From: Lophium mytilinum
Lineage: Eukaryota
NCBI GenBank assembly: GCA_010093605.1
Contig: MU004181.1
Span: 558,001-622,000, forward strand
Reading direction: 5' to 3'
DNA: 64,000 nucleotides
Made by a program: the position numbers and the translations under genes. The notes below the pieces were generated by a model. That model saw nothing but the letters and a program-made list of their open reading frames with translations. It searched no databases and was not told where the DNA came from. Each line of letters opens with the position of its first letter. The first letter of the stretch is position 1. Shown here piece by piece: positions 1-11,146 of the stretch.

Positions 1-1220
1 GCGGAAGTCCTTTAGGATGTCGGTGAGAGGTGTCTCCGGCATGGTGATTTGCAAGAGATTGTCGCAGAGGGGGATCTAGATTACGTTAATTATCGTCGAA
101 GAGGTCGGAATAATGCATATGGTTAGTGAAACGAACCATGCTATCATTGGCCCCAGATTCGCCACGAAACTCCATCGGTTCGTCGCGGACACCTTCATAT
201 ACCACGCCCTTCGGAAACATGGACTGGTTCTGAATACCGAAGATGAAAGTGCGGAAGGAGGTGTAGCTGCCTGGTTTACTCTTGTTCCACATTACTAGAC
301 ACATGTCAGTATTCTCTCATTAACCCATTATTAACTACCAGCGAAAGCAATCGGAACGTACTATTCATCACCTCATTTATCTCCGTCAACGAGGCCACAA
401 TCTCCCGAAACGCTTCATTAAACGCTTCCCGGTTCTTCGTTAAACACGCGTTCAACGAATCGACAGTTCCTCGCACCAGCTTCGGCGAGTTCTTGACCAT
501 AGCAATATGCACAAGGACAAAACCCGCCTCAGACGACGTGGGATCCAGCCCCTTCTCGAACGCGCGAACGAGTCTCAGATTATCATAATCCAAGCCCGCT
601 TTCGGGTTCTCAAGACGGTAGTTGTATAGCGCATACGAGCCTGCATACTCCATGAACGGCTTGAAGCCCGCACTGCACACCCGTTAGTCACGTGATCAAC
701 CAACATCCAAGTCAAATCTCAAGCGAAAGGAGGGACAAAGAACCTGGGGACGACAACAATACAAAAGAACATACATCTCAGCAACCTTCACGATCGGCAA
801 ACTGATCGCGGCGGGCAACACCTGCCGCCCTAATCCGTACTCCTCGCCCCGCATGAACCGCAGATGGCATGGCTCGAGCAGGTACGCCGATGCGAGGAAA
901 GAGTAGTCGCGGTATAACGCGTTCATTAGCGGGAGATCGGCGCGGTACTTCTCAATCGCGTTGCTCAGGTCTGGTAACTCATCGCGGACTGCTGCACCCA
1001 GGGCGCCGGTTGCTAGTAAACCTGGTGAGCCGGATGCAGTCACGATAGGCATGCGGGTCAAGAGGGATTCGAGGGGGGCGAACTCGGTGGGGAGGTGGAC
1101 AATGGGGTCGGCGCGGGGGAGGAAGCCGCGCGAGGTGGAGACCATGAAGGCGGGGAGGGTGGTGTCTTTGGGACGGGGGTCCGTCATGACATTGAAGTCG
1201 AAGGTGGGTAGGGGTGCCAT
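1..1220 (-). CDS. Indoleamine 2,3-dioxygenase family protein, 3' end beyond window start
   Basis: Exons 1220-775, 672-362, 294-137 and 75-<1 join in frame across GT-AG introns (774-673, 361-295, 136-76). Motifs RGFLP, YRDYSFLASAYLLE, SEAGFVLVH, FRTFIFGI and FRGESGANDSMIPLCDNLL fit the IDO family, probably its divergent fungal subgroup. Confidence 0.88.
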
Positions 1221-4134
1221 GGTCGATGAAGCCTTGGAGGAGTGTGAGTGATGGAAGTCAATGACACCAAGGTGTAGAGAGACAAGCTGGCAGTGAGGTA
1301 CGTACGAGTCTTCAAGAAGCAGATGGCTGCCCGGTATGTTTCAGCGATGTATTAACCCTTCAATTGCAAAGATAATCTCAAAATGGTTCCCAGAGATAGC
1401 TCAGTTGATGACAAAGGCTCTTCGCTTCTTTCAAAGTATTTTCGAAACTTGGTGGTGGCGGCTCAACCACGAACAATTTTCTGCTTATATGGCGAGGCCG
1501 GATCCGTTCCGGCCTCCTGATAGCAATAATTCCGGCCTCACCCTCCACGAGGAAAAATTGTCCTAATTCGTACGTAATAACCTCATCATGCGCCCTGAAG
1601 CTTGACTAACAGTATCCACACCGTTGATGGGATAATTGAGACCCCGCTCGCGATGAGGTATGTGTTGTTGTCGTCGTTGAGGCCCCTGGGGGGTGGATGG
1701 GAGTGCCAAGACTTGGGTTTGGTCACGATTTTATTTCATACAAATGTATTCCTCAAATGATCTGAATCTTCTCCGCGTCTCTAATGGTTTTCAAGATCAT
1801 CTGTAGACTTTTTTGGTGGTGTTGGCGTTGTCGTCGCTCTCATCGCCGTCGGTCGTCGTCGTGAGGCTTGAGGCGTTCCTCGTTATCAGCAGGCCGGTGG
1901 TACGCTAACGACGAACCACACCGCCGATTCTTAGCTCCCGCTTTTACGGCACGAAGGATTCTAGACCAATCGTTACCAAAGGGCGGAAGCTGACGTGTGC
2001 GGCCCAGGGTTTTGTGGAGGTGGATACAAAGACGGGGTGCTCGCCGGTGTCGGAAATTTTGTAAAAGCATCTACTTTCGCCTTGTTATACTTATCTTTTC
2101 GATACCAACTGCAAACTTAAATGAGTATGATGAGAACCATGCTCTTCGTCTTCAGTGCGTAAGCTGCATATGAACCAGTGCCGAGGATAGATAAAAAGCG
2201 GCGCGTAAAGAACTCGTCACACTATCAAAGTAAAGGTCGTCTGCTTAACTTTCCCATGTATGCATCAGGCAACAGTTACCAAAGCAGCTATGATGACGCT
2301 ACCGATCCAACGAAGGCTTTCCATTTCTCATCTTTTGAGTCCTGTCCCGAATTACTTTCGTTCTCTCCTTTCATATTCACGCTTTGAGGACAGGTTACGT
2401 CAACCACCTTGAACAAATTGAACATTTCGAACAGCTCGTTGAGCTTCCGCAGACTTGACATCAATCATCTTCATCACTTCCGACGTGTTAAGGGCATTTT
2501 AGGTATTAGTGTTACCCTGCAGGTGCGAAAATAATATTGTAAGATTTATACTTCTTCTTATACATCCGACTCTCTGACTCTCACACATTTACTACTACAT
2601 ACTTTGCTCTATTCTCCAATACTATCTAGCGATCTCTTATATTTTTATACGCGTCCGCAGCGGCGATAGCAAAGCTATCACTATTACAATCCAGCCGATT
2701 GTAACACGACTCGGCGCAGGTTGTTCTCGTTCTGTGGAGCTCCTTGGACAGCATTGAAACACTTCGGGTTTTCAACACACACTACAATGTCAGGCTTTGT
2801 ATATTTCACACCGCTTTTGAGACCTGCTATAGATGACACCTAACGGTGCCGTTGATCTGCCAAACACCACGTTTCTGGGCCCTGTATTACATCTCCCAGA
2901 CTGATCCCGTCCTCCATAGCTACCATGTTCATCTGTGCACGCGGCATTAACAATGCGCACGGTTCCCCCACACTCTTTCGAAATCCTAGATAAGATAGAT
3001 TCCCATGATTCTAAGTAACGGAAAAAAAACTCCAGGCCAACTTGGCTGGCACCAAAGACCGTTCCAAAAGCTCCGTTTAGATTACCCCCGTTTTTGCGCC
3101 TCTGGATTCGTACGAGGCCATTACTGTTCCACTGTTCTGTCCGTCCCTAGCTACAGTATATATCCACACGCCGTTAGCAGTGTCTGCAGTACCTGAACAC
3201 ACTTTCGAACACCATGAAGTGAACAGACTCTCGACATTTTGATACATCGAAAAAATCGCCCGACCACTACAGCCACTACTATATGCTGTTACGAAAGCTT
3301 CATCACTACATCGTTCATCTGTATCCATTTCTTTGATAACGTTTTCAGTGCCTCAATAGACTTTGATTGTTTTGGAAAGCATATAATCTCATCGTGTTTT
3401 AGAATCGAGAAATTCACTAGGCCAACTCATCGGGTGCCATCAGTCACTGCAAAAGCTACAGTGTCACCCTTGTTCTTTAGTTCAAAATATGTACGAGACC
3501 GCTTTAGCCACATCGAGATTACTTCTAAATGCGCTTGGAACGACTGGATTCGAAGCACAACATTTCAAAGTAACGTTTTCATCGTGCTCAGCACTCCCGG
3601 TTTCTCAGCACCGGTCCTTCAGCCTCGCAACGTTTCAATTACCTGTAACAGTCATTTGCTACCATGAAGGATGACAGGCGGTCGCACTATGCTTTCCATG
3701 AAACAGCCTATAAGCTTCAAATTCCACCCATCCTCGCCTTTAATACAAACGGAAGCACGAATCAGGGGCTTCGAAATGCAGAGTTTGACACACCAGAACC
3801 TCGCGAATGTTCCCTCGAAGATGGAATAAGCGAGCACCTCTCGCTACAGCACTGTAACTGTGCAGTGGTAGTGAAGGTGGACAAGTTTCGGCGCTAGCTG
3901 TCAGCACGTGACGCCCACTCCATAACTTATGTTCTGCTTCACGACTTCACGTTCTGTCTTCAAATTCACACCATCGAACGCCTCATCAAACGCTGTAAGT
4001 CACCATCATCGCTATCCATATCATCTCCTTGCCCATCCCCTGCTACTGTAGGACGATCTTCAAGTCGGCCATGCCTAGCACAAGTCTCAGATATGCTAAT
4101 ATATAATCTAGACTGTAAAGCGTCTTGTACAGCG

Positions 4135-5052
4135 ATGTCTTCCTCAAACCGCCGAAGCTTGTTTTCGCTGCCCAACTCGCCCTTCGTCGAGAACTACCCC
4201 GACGACGACGCCAAAGCCTCCACCAACCCCCCGACCTCACCATCACTGCTACACTCCACCACCACCTCGCCTCCAATTGCTGCTGCTGTCAGCTCCACCA
4301 CCCAGACCAGCACTCAGACGTTCACCAGCGCCGCCACAATGCCCACGGCCGCTCAGCTCTTCGCCGCAACAATGCCACCTCAGTATCACGAGCACGGCAC
4401 CCTCTTCACCCTCCGCGGCTACGCCTACTGGCGCAAGCCACGCTCCGGCCACTCCAACGCCCGCTGCCTCGACGCTTCCGCCTCACAATTCATCAACACG
4501 GACGTCGTCAAAGCGATGATCAAGTGCGAGCGAACCGAACACATCCTCTTCGCGACCTCACCATCCGCCGGCCGCCTCGTCACCTCGCTCGAGCTCTTCC
4601 GCAACGGCAACCGCAACGTCAACGCCGTCACCAACGCCACCCAGATGGTGGACCTGAGCGCAGAGACCGACCGCGTTCTCAGAGACGGGGACGCGGAGGT
4701 CGTCTGGAGCCAGATGCTGGAGGAGTGCCGCGGGGAGTGGGGGTACCAGCGCGTGACGGTAGTGGAGGGGTGGGAGTTCAGGGAGTTCGCGAAGAAGGGG
4801 AAGGATTGCCCGATTCGGGAAGGGTGGATGCCGCTGAAGGTCAAGCAGTGGGACGACGAGGACGACGAAGATGAAGAAGAAGAGGAAGATTCGGACGGAG
4901 AGCTGGGGACGTACCGCTTCGACGCCGGGGGACTAGAGGAGCTGGAGGGGGAGACGATGGTGGAGGGAGGGGAGGAGGAGGCCGCCGAGGGTGCCGAGGA
5001 GGGCGGAGAGGAGGAGAAAGACGAGTATGTAGTGGAGCCCATTCAGGAGTAG
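4135..5052 (+). CDS. Hypothetical protein: S/T/P-rich N-terminus, ~170 aa globular core, very acidic C-terminal tail
   Basis: Intronless GC-rich ORF with strong GC3 bias, set in more AT-rich flanks. First ATG at 4093; 4135 is preferred because the GC-rich coding-like composition starts there. No family recognised. Confidence 0.65.
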   Translation: MSSSNRRSLFSLPNSPFVENYPDDDAKASTNPPTSPSLLHSTTTSPPIAAAVSSTTQTSTQTFTSAATMPTAAQLFAATMPPQYHEHGTLFTLRGYAYWRKPRSGHSNARCLDASASQFINTDVVKAMIKCERTEHILFATSPSAGRLVTSLELFRNGNRNVNAVTNATQMVDLSAETDRVLRDGDAEVVWSQMLEECRGEWGYQRVTVVEGWEFREFAKKGKDCPIREGWMPLKVKQWDDEDDEDEEEEEDSDGELGTYRFDAGGLEELEGETMVEGGEEEAAEGAEEGGEEEKDEYVVEPIQE

Positions 5053-6134
5053 GAGGAGATACCTTGGCTGGTTGGGGGCGATATGGGACAGGCGGAAAAG
5101 TTTTGTGGGTTTAGATACCAATTCAGGCCTACCCGCTGGAGGGTTTTTGGCCGCCTAAAGACTCATCATGGAGAGTCTGAGGCACTATGATGCGAGAATC
5201 CAATCTTGGTTCTCTTACGATTTCATTTTTTAAATGACTGTGATTGGCTGATGTATTTGTTTTACCAACGTTTGTCACGGAAATTACAGGTAAGTTCTAA
5301 TTTGTACTTGTTTCATTTACTAACTTCTCTCAGGATTGTAGCGTCTGGAGCCTGCCACTATAGCTACTCCAAATACATCACAATGCTACTTTCTAAACGC
5401 TCCATATTTCAATACGTCGACGTTCATCGTTTTGAATAGTGTATACCGCCGCACAAGGTCCTCTAGCGGGTCCAAAAGAACTGCACATGATGTAATGTCC
5501 GTGAGGCTTCATATCGTAGCACGTAGACATATAAGGCTTTGAACAATGTTCACCGTCGTTTGAGGGGCTCTGAGATGCTGATAGATATAGCATCTCGATG
5601 TCACGTTCCGTAAGCCCCATATCTTACGAGGCCCAAACTCTACGTTTTGATCAGCTTATGGTCCCGTCTGAAGCCCTCTGAGTAGCTCTCGAAATTGAAC
5701 CCAGATGTCGTGTTGCAGGTACCCTATATCTGACTGTTCAGATATCTAGCGTTCTGAACAACATATACCGGCGCCTGAGGTCCGCTAAGACCCCGTAAGT
5801 TCGCATCTAAGATGCTACGCTGAACAGACTTCAAATCTTCACTTGTTGAAACCATATCAGTTGGAAAGCATATGCCGGCGTTTGGAGTCCGCCAATAGGG
5901 GCGATGAGATCTAAGGTTTTGGACTGTGGATGAATTCTAGGTACGAAGGCTCCTTGCTCTGGGAATATCTACGGAAGAAGCTGATCAAGTGCCAATAGCC
6001 CAATTCCTTTGAAGGACGCCCATTATTTCGGCATTGGTATCTTTGTTCCCATACCCTACATAGTCGCTCAACAGCATATAAGCCTGAGCTACCGAGTGTA
6101 CCTCGTCCTCATCTCGCCTCATTACAGTCATTCT

Positions 6135-7703
6135 CTACGCCTCCTCGGTGAAGTACGTCTTCGGGTTTGGACCAAACTTGATGAAGTCTCGGAGGTACTT
6201 TACACCAGCCTTTACATCGCCGTCTTCAAAGCTCCAGCCGGTAAGGTCGCGATTCCCTGTATATCCAGCGTTGGCTCGAAACTCCGATGTTATCTCAGTC
6301 CGAAAGGCAGACCACTCTCCAGGTGCCCAATTCTTTGCAATCTTGTTCCACTCCGCGAGGGTTGACTCTGCCCCTCCGTAATCTTCGAATAGAACGCATC
6401 GATTCTCCAACATCGGTGCTCGAATAAAGAGCTTCTTCAGATTTGGGCTTTCATGAAGGATTCCCAGAATAGGATCCCAATCACGCCTGTCAAAGGTTCG
6501 ATCCACGAGGTTGACGCTCTCCAGACGCACCTTCGTCAAGGTATGTCTGTTGAACACCATCAGGTTGATGAGATTGAGATTTGACATGGTAACAGCGTCG
6601 AGTTCAAGTGTGGCTAGGCGTAGATTTTGTTTCTTCATAAACGACGGTGTGCCCATGCACAGCAAGCTGATAGGGCGTTCAATGCTGGGACGCCAGTAAC
6701 CCAGGTTCCCGATATCTTTCAGGTAGCAGGGAATCATGTACCCTTCTGCATGCCGCTCACTGATCGAAAGGGTTGGAATGGACTCCGCCACTGACTCGAG
6801 TAGAGATCGGAGAAAGTTGAGCTGGTATTGTTCTTTTTGCGACTTGTTCAAGCTTCCAAGGCGGAGCAGCACATTTACTTGCTCCAGCTTGGTGAAGGTG
6901 GCGTTGTGTCGAGTGTTGACAAAGTCTATGACAAACTCCAGTGGAACTCCAAAGTTGTACGCAAGAAATCTGAAGTTGCCGGCGGTCTTAGGAATTTCGC
7001 CTGTCAGTGACCATACAGCATCCAAGAAGAGTTGGAAGTGCACGCATTTTCGAAGATTAGTTGCGGCACACTTGTTGCAGCCTGAAGGACCTACGAATTG
7101 GGCAATCTTTGTGTCCATCTTGTGTTGCAGCCTAGGCGATATGTGATCTTTGATCTCGATGGTCTTCAAGTTGCGGAACTGCAGAAGGGATATCCAAAGC
7201 ATGGCCATATCTATGCCCTGTGCCTGTGTATTGATGGTCGGGTCGACGAAGTGTTTCCACCATTGTCTACGCTCAGAGCGGTGGGTATACTGTCGTTTCC
7301 GGTCGTCGAGGCCCTTGTTCCGGTAATCGTGAGTGAAGCTTCCATGTCCTGAAGTGTTGATGTCGATGGTGCCCGGGTACATGACTGCACTGTTTGCCAA
7401 AAGAGTGAGTTCGTCCATGTGGATCGTGATCTTTACGACACGTCGGGCTACATTCTCGTGACTAGAGAGGTCGATGAGGCGATTTAGGCCAACCCTTGAC
7501 TGGTTCGTCAAAGAGACTCGGATTTTTTTAAAAGCACGGTTCTCTAAGTGGTAGGCTGACTTTTCCGCCATGTCTTGACAACTGCTTCGAAGGGAGAGCA
7601 CATCTTCGAGAGGAAGCTTTTGGCAGATAGTGTCAATAAGCTCCGAAGGCAATGCGAGAATCGGAGACTCCGAGGGCTTTTCGAGTATATTAGGAGGCGC
7701 CAT
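6135..7703 (-). CDS. F-box-like protein, array member A (522 aa)
   Basis: N-terminal ILALPSELIDTICQKLPLEDVLSLRSSCQDM; QSRVGL; CNKC..KCVH; LRR-like C-terminal half; NRDLTGWSFEDGDVKAGVKYL. Confidence 0.8.
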   Translation of the reverse strand: MAPPNILEKPSESPILALPSELIDTICQKLPLEDVLSLRSSCQDMAEKSAYHLENRAFKKIRVSLTNQSRVGLNRLIDLSSHENVARRVVKITIHMDELTLLANSAVMYPGTIDINTSGHGSFTHDYRNKGLDDRKRQYTHRSERRQWWKHFVDPTINTQAQGIDMAMLWISLLQFRNLKTIEIKDHISPRLQHKMDTKIAQFVGPSGCNKCAATNLRKCVHFQLFLDAVWSLTGEIPKTAGNFRFLAYNFGVPLEFVIDFVNTRHNATFTKLEQVNVLLRLGSLNKSQKEQYQLNFLRSLLESVAESIPTLSISERHAEGYMIPCYLKDIGNLGYWRPSIERPISLLCMGTPSFMKKQNLRLATLELDAVTMSNLNLINLMVFNRHTLTKVRLESVNLVDRTFDRRDWDPILGILHESPNLKKLFIRAPMLENRCVLFEDYGGAESTLAEWNKIAKNWAPGEWSAFRTEITSEFRANAGYTGNRDLTGWSFEDGDVKAGVKYLRDFIKFGPNPKTYFTEEA

Positions 7704-8088
7704 CTGATTGCTGGAAGTAGCGGATGCGGCTACAGTGTTGGGTTAGCGATTGTGAAGGGGTGGAGCTGGCGGTAGAGTTGCGTTGTGGTGGGATGTAGGC
7801 ACAACAAGCTGCGTGGGAAGGTTTGGGGAGTTGAATGTCGACTATTTAAGTTTAGGGGGACACGCGACCCTCAATGCAAATGCCGTGAATCACTTCTCGT
7901 GGAAGAGCAATCGCTTTCACCACCATGAAATTCACTATGCGCGTCCGCATCTATAATTTTCTTTCTCTCATTGTGCAACAACTTCTCTACCACTCGACCC
8001 ACCCGTCTCTCGTTCTGTGCCTCCACCACCGACAGCGAGCCTCCATCGTCCGACGCCGCGTCAACTCTGCAACCTGCAGACTCGAGTC

Positions 8089-9771
8089 ATGTCACTCTTC
8101 AGCTCTCAAGATGCCACGACTTCGGCAATTCCGATTCCAATAATGCAACCAGTTGGAAACACCTCTGATACGCCCGCTTCACTGAGTCCAAGGAAGCGAA
8201 AGCGCGACTCAAGCGATTTCCAAGAGGAAAATAAACGCCCTCCGCCGGCACTTCGTCGCACAAATTCCGTGGCAGATTCCAATTCTTCCAGCGGACCTCG
8301 AATTACTGCCTCTACCTCCAATGAGCGAACTTCTCTTGGCAATCTTCCTGCCGAACTTGTCGACTCGATTTGCCAGCATCTCGACGAAGATTCGCTATTG
8401 CAGCTACGCCTTGCCTCCAGGGACATGTACCGAAAGTCACTATATCAGACGTCTCACAAGGCCTTCCGTGAGGTTCGTGTGGTCTTCGGGGAGGCCTCTA
8501 GGGCTGGCTTGAATGGGTTTATCGATATGGTGACGCATCATCCTCATCTGACACAGTACACCGAGAAGGTGGTGATCGCCACCAGCGATGCCTTCTTTGT
8601 TGGAGACATGGACCTCGATCCTCCCTCAGAGGCCCGCAATAACCGGCCTCTTGCGTCCCATGAAGGCGACTGGCTCAAGCACTTCAACTACCCCAAGCTG
8701 CACTGGACGGAACGAGGTGTCGACATTGCAATGCTCTTGGTAACCCTTGCAAAGCTACCCAACGTGCACACGGTCAAGGTCAGTGATAAACCAGGGTTCA
8801 AACCAGGAGTAAGCGGCATGAGGCGAGATGTCGTCGACTTCGTCAACGCGAGTTGGTGCAAACAATGCCAGACCGCGGACATGTCTAAATGCCACCACCT
8901 CGCAATCTTCGAGGAAGCACTACGCCTAGTAATCGATTGCACCCGTACCTCCTTCGATGCTGACGATGACGGCGCCCAAATCTACCAGTCATTACTTGAA
9001 GACTTCAAAATTCCAGACAAAGCGTCCATATATGGTTCGTGGCAGCCGTACAACTTGAACTATCCGTCCCTGAGAAACATCCTCTTCAACATTGGACATC
9101 TACACCCCGGAAGTTCTGCAAAACCTGGACGCCATAGCTTGTTCTCGCGACTAGTTGAGGCAGCACCAAATCTCCAGAATGTTCAAATCAGCGGCAGGAA
9201 GAAGCACTTGTGGAGAGACCTACACCAGTCTCAACTGAGGTTGAACTACGAATGGCTCAACTTCGACACGACGTCTATGTTCTGCCAGCTCGAAACACTA
9301 GATCTTCGCACCGTTGTGCTAGACACCCAGCAGCTGTCAAACCTACTGACGAGTCAGCAGGCAACGCTTACTCGTGTCCGCTTGCAAGGGGTTGATCTCG
9401 GGTCAGAAGGGGACTGGGAAAAGATTATCAAGGACCTTCAGGCGATGCCCAAACTCGAGAGGTTGTTTCTTCGGGGACTTGAGTGCGATAATACTTTTGC
9501 TTGGTTTGACGACTTCGAAGAAATAGCGAGGAACCCAGGCTTCGAAGCTTACAATTCTCAAATCGCAATTGAGACGAATCAGAGTACTCCGTGGAGCATG
9601 TGGGGATACTGGATGTACCCTCGATCAAGCTCGGAGCGTCCTGGACAACAGCCTTATGGCAGACAGCTCACCAACTTTGTTGGGTGGCTGTTCAAGGGGC
9701 GTCTTGAAATTGAGACAGGCTTGAAATATCTGAGCGAGCACATCCAGATGATTACGCCGGTGTCTACGTAG
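8089..9771 (+). CDS. F-box-like protein, array member B
   Basis: First ATG at 8089. PRKRKR; LGNLPAELVDSICQHLDEDSLLQLRLASRDM; ASRAGL; WCKQC..KCHH; FVGWLFKGRLEIETGLKYL. Confidence 0.8.
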   Translation: MSLFSSQDATTSAIPIPIMQPVGNTSDTPASLSPRKRKRDSSDFQEENKRPPPALRRTNSVADSNSSSGPRITASTSNERTSLGNLPAELVDSICQHLDEDSLLQLRLASRDMYRKSLYQTSHKAFREVRVVFGEASRAGLNGFIDMVTHHPHLTQYTEKVVIATSDAFFVGDMDLDPPSEARNNRPLASHEGDWLKHFNYPKLHWTERGVDIAMLLVTLAKLPNVHTVKVSDKPGFKPGVSGMRRDVVDFVNASWCKQCQTADMSKCHHLAIFEEALRLVIDCTRTSFDADDDGAQIYQSLLEDFKIPDKASIYGSWQPYNLNYPSLRNILFNIGHLHPGSSAKPGRHSLFSRLVEAAPNLQNVQISGRKKHLWRDLHQSQLRLNYEWLNFDTTSMFCQLETLDLRTVVLDTQQLSNLLTSQQATLTRVRLQGVDLGSEGDWEKIIKDLQAMPKLERLFLRGLECDNTFAWFDDFEEIARNPGFEAYNSQIAIETNQSTPWSMWGYWMYPRSSSERPGQQPYGRQLTNFVGWLFKGRLEIETGLKYLSEHIQMITPVST

Positions 9772-9810
9772 GCGTCCCCCGAGAGCTACAAATTGGGGTA
9801 AGAATGGGTA

Positions 9811-10040
9811 CACTACTAGGCCATAACTCTACGCACACAGATCTGTCACTGCTTAGTTTCAATGCTGCTCACTCGACACCGCTGTAAGGGTAGCCTGGCT
9901 GCTAAGCAGCTGATTAGTCAAGAGCCTGTCTGATCTGCAGTTGCTGAAGATCGACATCGCCCTTGGGTCCTTGAAATCCATGGAGGCGCCCCAAGCAGTG
10001 GCGAACTAGTGTGCCCGACTCATGGTCTATCACTATACGA
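9811..10040 (+). repeat. Array-associated dispersed repeat, copy 1
   Basis: Collinear blocks TGCTCACTCGACACCGCTGTAAGGGTAGCCTGGCT / ATTAGTCAAGAG / TCGACATCGCCCTTGGG / CCCCAAGCAG are shared with the other copies. Confidence 0.75.
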
Positions 10041-10269
10041 GAAATTACTTCAGCTAGTTTATTGTGAATCCAATCCCGGGTTTTAGAACTTAGATACCCC
10101 CAGGGCCTTGTGAGATTTAGGATACTACACATTACCTATGTCTATTGTAAAATCATTTCATGCATTCTTACTAAGTGATGAACGGAAAGCAATCGTTGTG
10201 AAGTTGAAAAAAGCACTCTCATTTGGGACATCATTTTTGAATCTCTTCGATAGTGGATCACTACATCAG

Positions 10270-10494
10270 TAACGCAGCGGTCAGTAGCCGATGGTCGGTC
10301 CTCTAAGCCGCAAGCATAGTGACCGAAGCGTAGTACTCCATGTGGTCTAGTAGGAATTGCAAACCCACCTCAACCACCTCTCTATCCTTAAGTTTCCACC
10401 CGCTTGCATTATTATCTCCTCGCGGGGGTTTGCTTATCATCGCCAACCATTCCAGAAGGGTCATATTTCCACCGCTCCACCAGAAGTGCCTCAA
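10270..10494 (-). pseudogene. 3' relic of an F-box array gene, closest to member E
   Basis: LLEWLAMISKPPRGDNNASGWKLKDREVVEVGLQFLLDHMEYYASV matches E's LVEWLAIVNRPPGGDDDASGWKFRGREGVESGLQFLLEHMEYYMSV. TGACCGCTGCGTT follows the stop codon in both. Confidence 0.85.
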
Positions 10495-10510
10495 TCAGGC
10501 GACTACCCTC

Positions 10511-10670
10511 TAGGTGTCATGCCAAGTTCTAGAACGCTCAATCTGAGCTTGCTCTTGACTCAAATATGTCCTCAAGACGGGGCCGCCCCTGACAGTGGCG
10601 TCCAGCTTGCAGAAGTGACACTCGAGCAGTGTTATCCGTTTGCCCGAACTCATGGCCTTATACTGTAAGG
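10511..10670 (-). repeat. Array-associated dispersed repeat, copy 2 (truncated)
   Basis: Minus strand TTACAGTATAAGGCCAT..CCACTGTCAGGGG..AGTCAAGAG aligns with the copy at 56251-56480. Confidence 0.6.
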
Positions 10671-11146
10671 TTCCTACAACTAGAGGCGGTCCGGTACGCG
10701 TTCTGCACCTCTAAATAAGTAGCATTCCTAAATCAATAAGGCGGGCAGCTTTCAAAAGGCTGAGGCCTGATCGACAGAGTGAGGAAGGATATATTAGCGG
10801 GATGAAGGCTTTATAATATCAAGAGGCTCTCCAGTGTGCTGTCTACATACTCAATCAGTGACCTTGAGTGATCGTATTCGAGAGGTATACAAAAATGGGT
10901 CTTTAGGACACTGTACATCACCTAATTAGACACGATGACTAAGGTCACGGTAGGAAGACGTTGAGTGTAAGCTTTTTGTATTTGTTGACAAAAAGAGTAA
11001 GTAGAAGATGTCAAACGCGACGCTTCGAGGGAAGACAGCGTTGATAATTCTTCGCCCTTTAAGTACCAAAGATGACCACCAGATATACCAGCGTTCTACG
11101 CAGGTCGCTAGATATAACCGTTCATTAGAGCCCTATTCCTCAAAGT

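Noticed and set aside
2178..3900. Possible decayed gene or transposon between IDO and the acidic orphan; several 60-140 aa ORFs
   Set aside because: No recognisable motif. The best minus-strand frame still has several stops, and no terminal repeats were found.
4125..5042. Overlapping 249-aa (+) and 205-aa (-) ORFs
   Set aside because: Shadow frames caused by high GC3 in the real ORF. The same applies to shadow ORFs in LIG4, FMP27, Ctr and 36319-37083.
5572..5760. Two short inverted repeats (GAGATGCT/AGCATCTC and TGTTCAGA/TCTGAACA)
   Set aside because: 8-bp stems can arise by chance, and there is no other support for an RNA gene or MITE.
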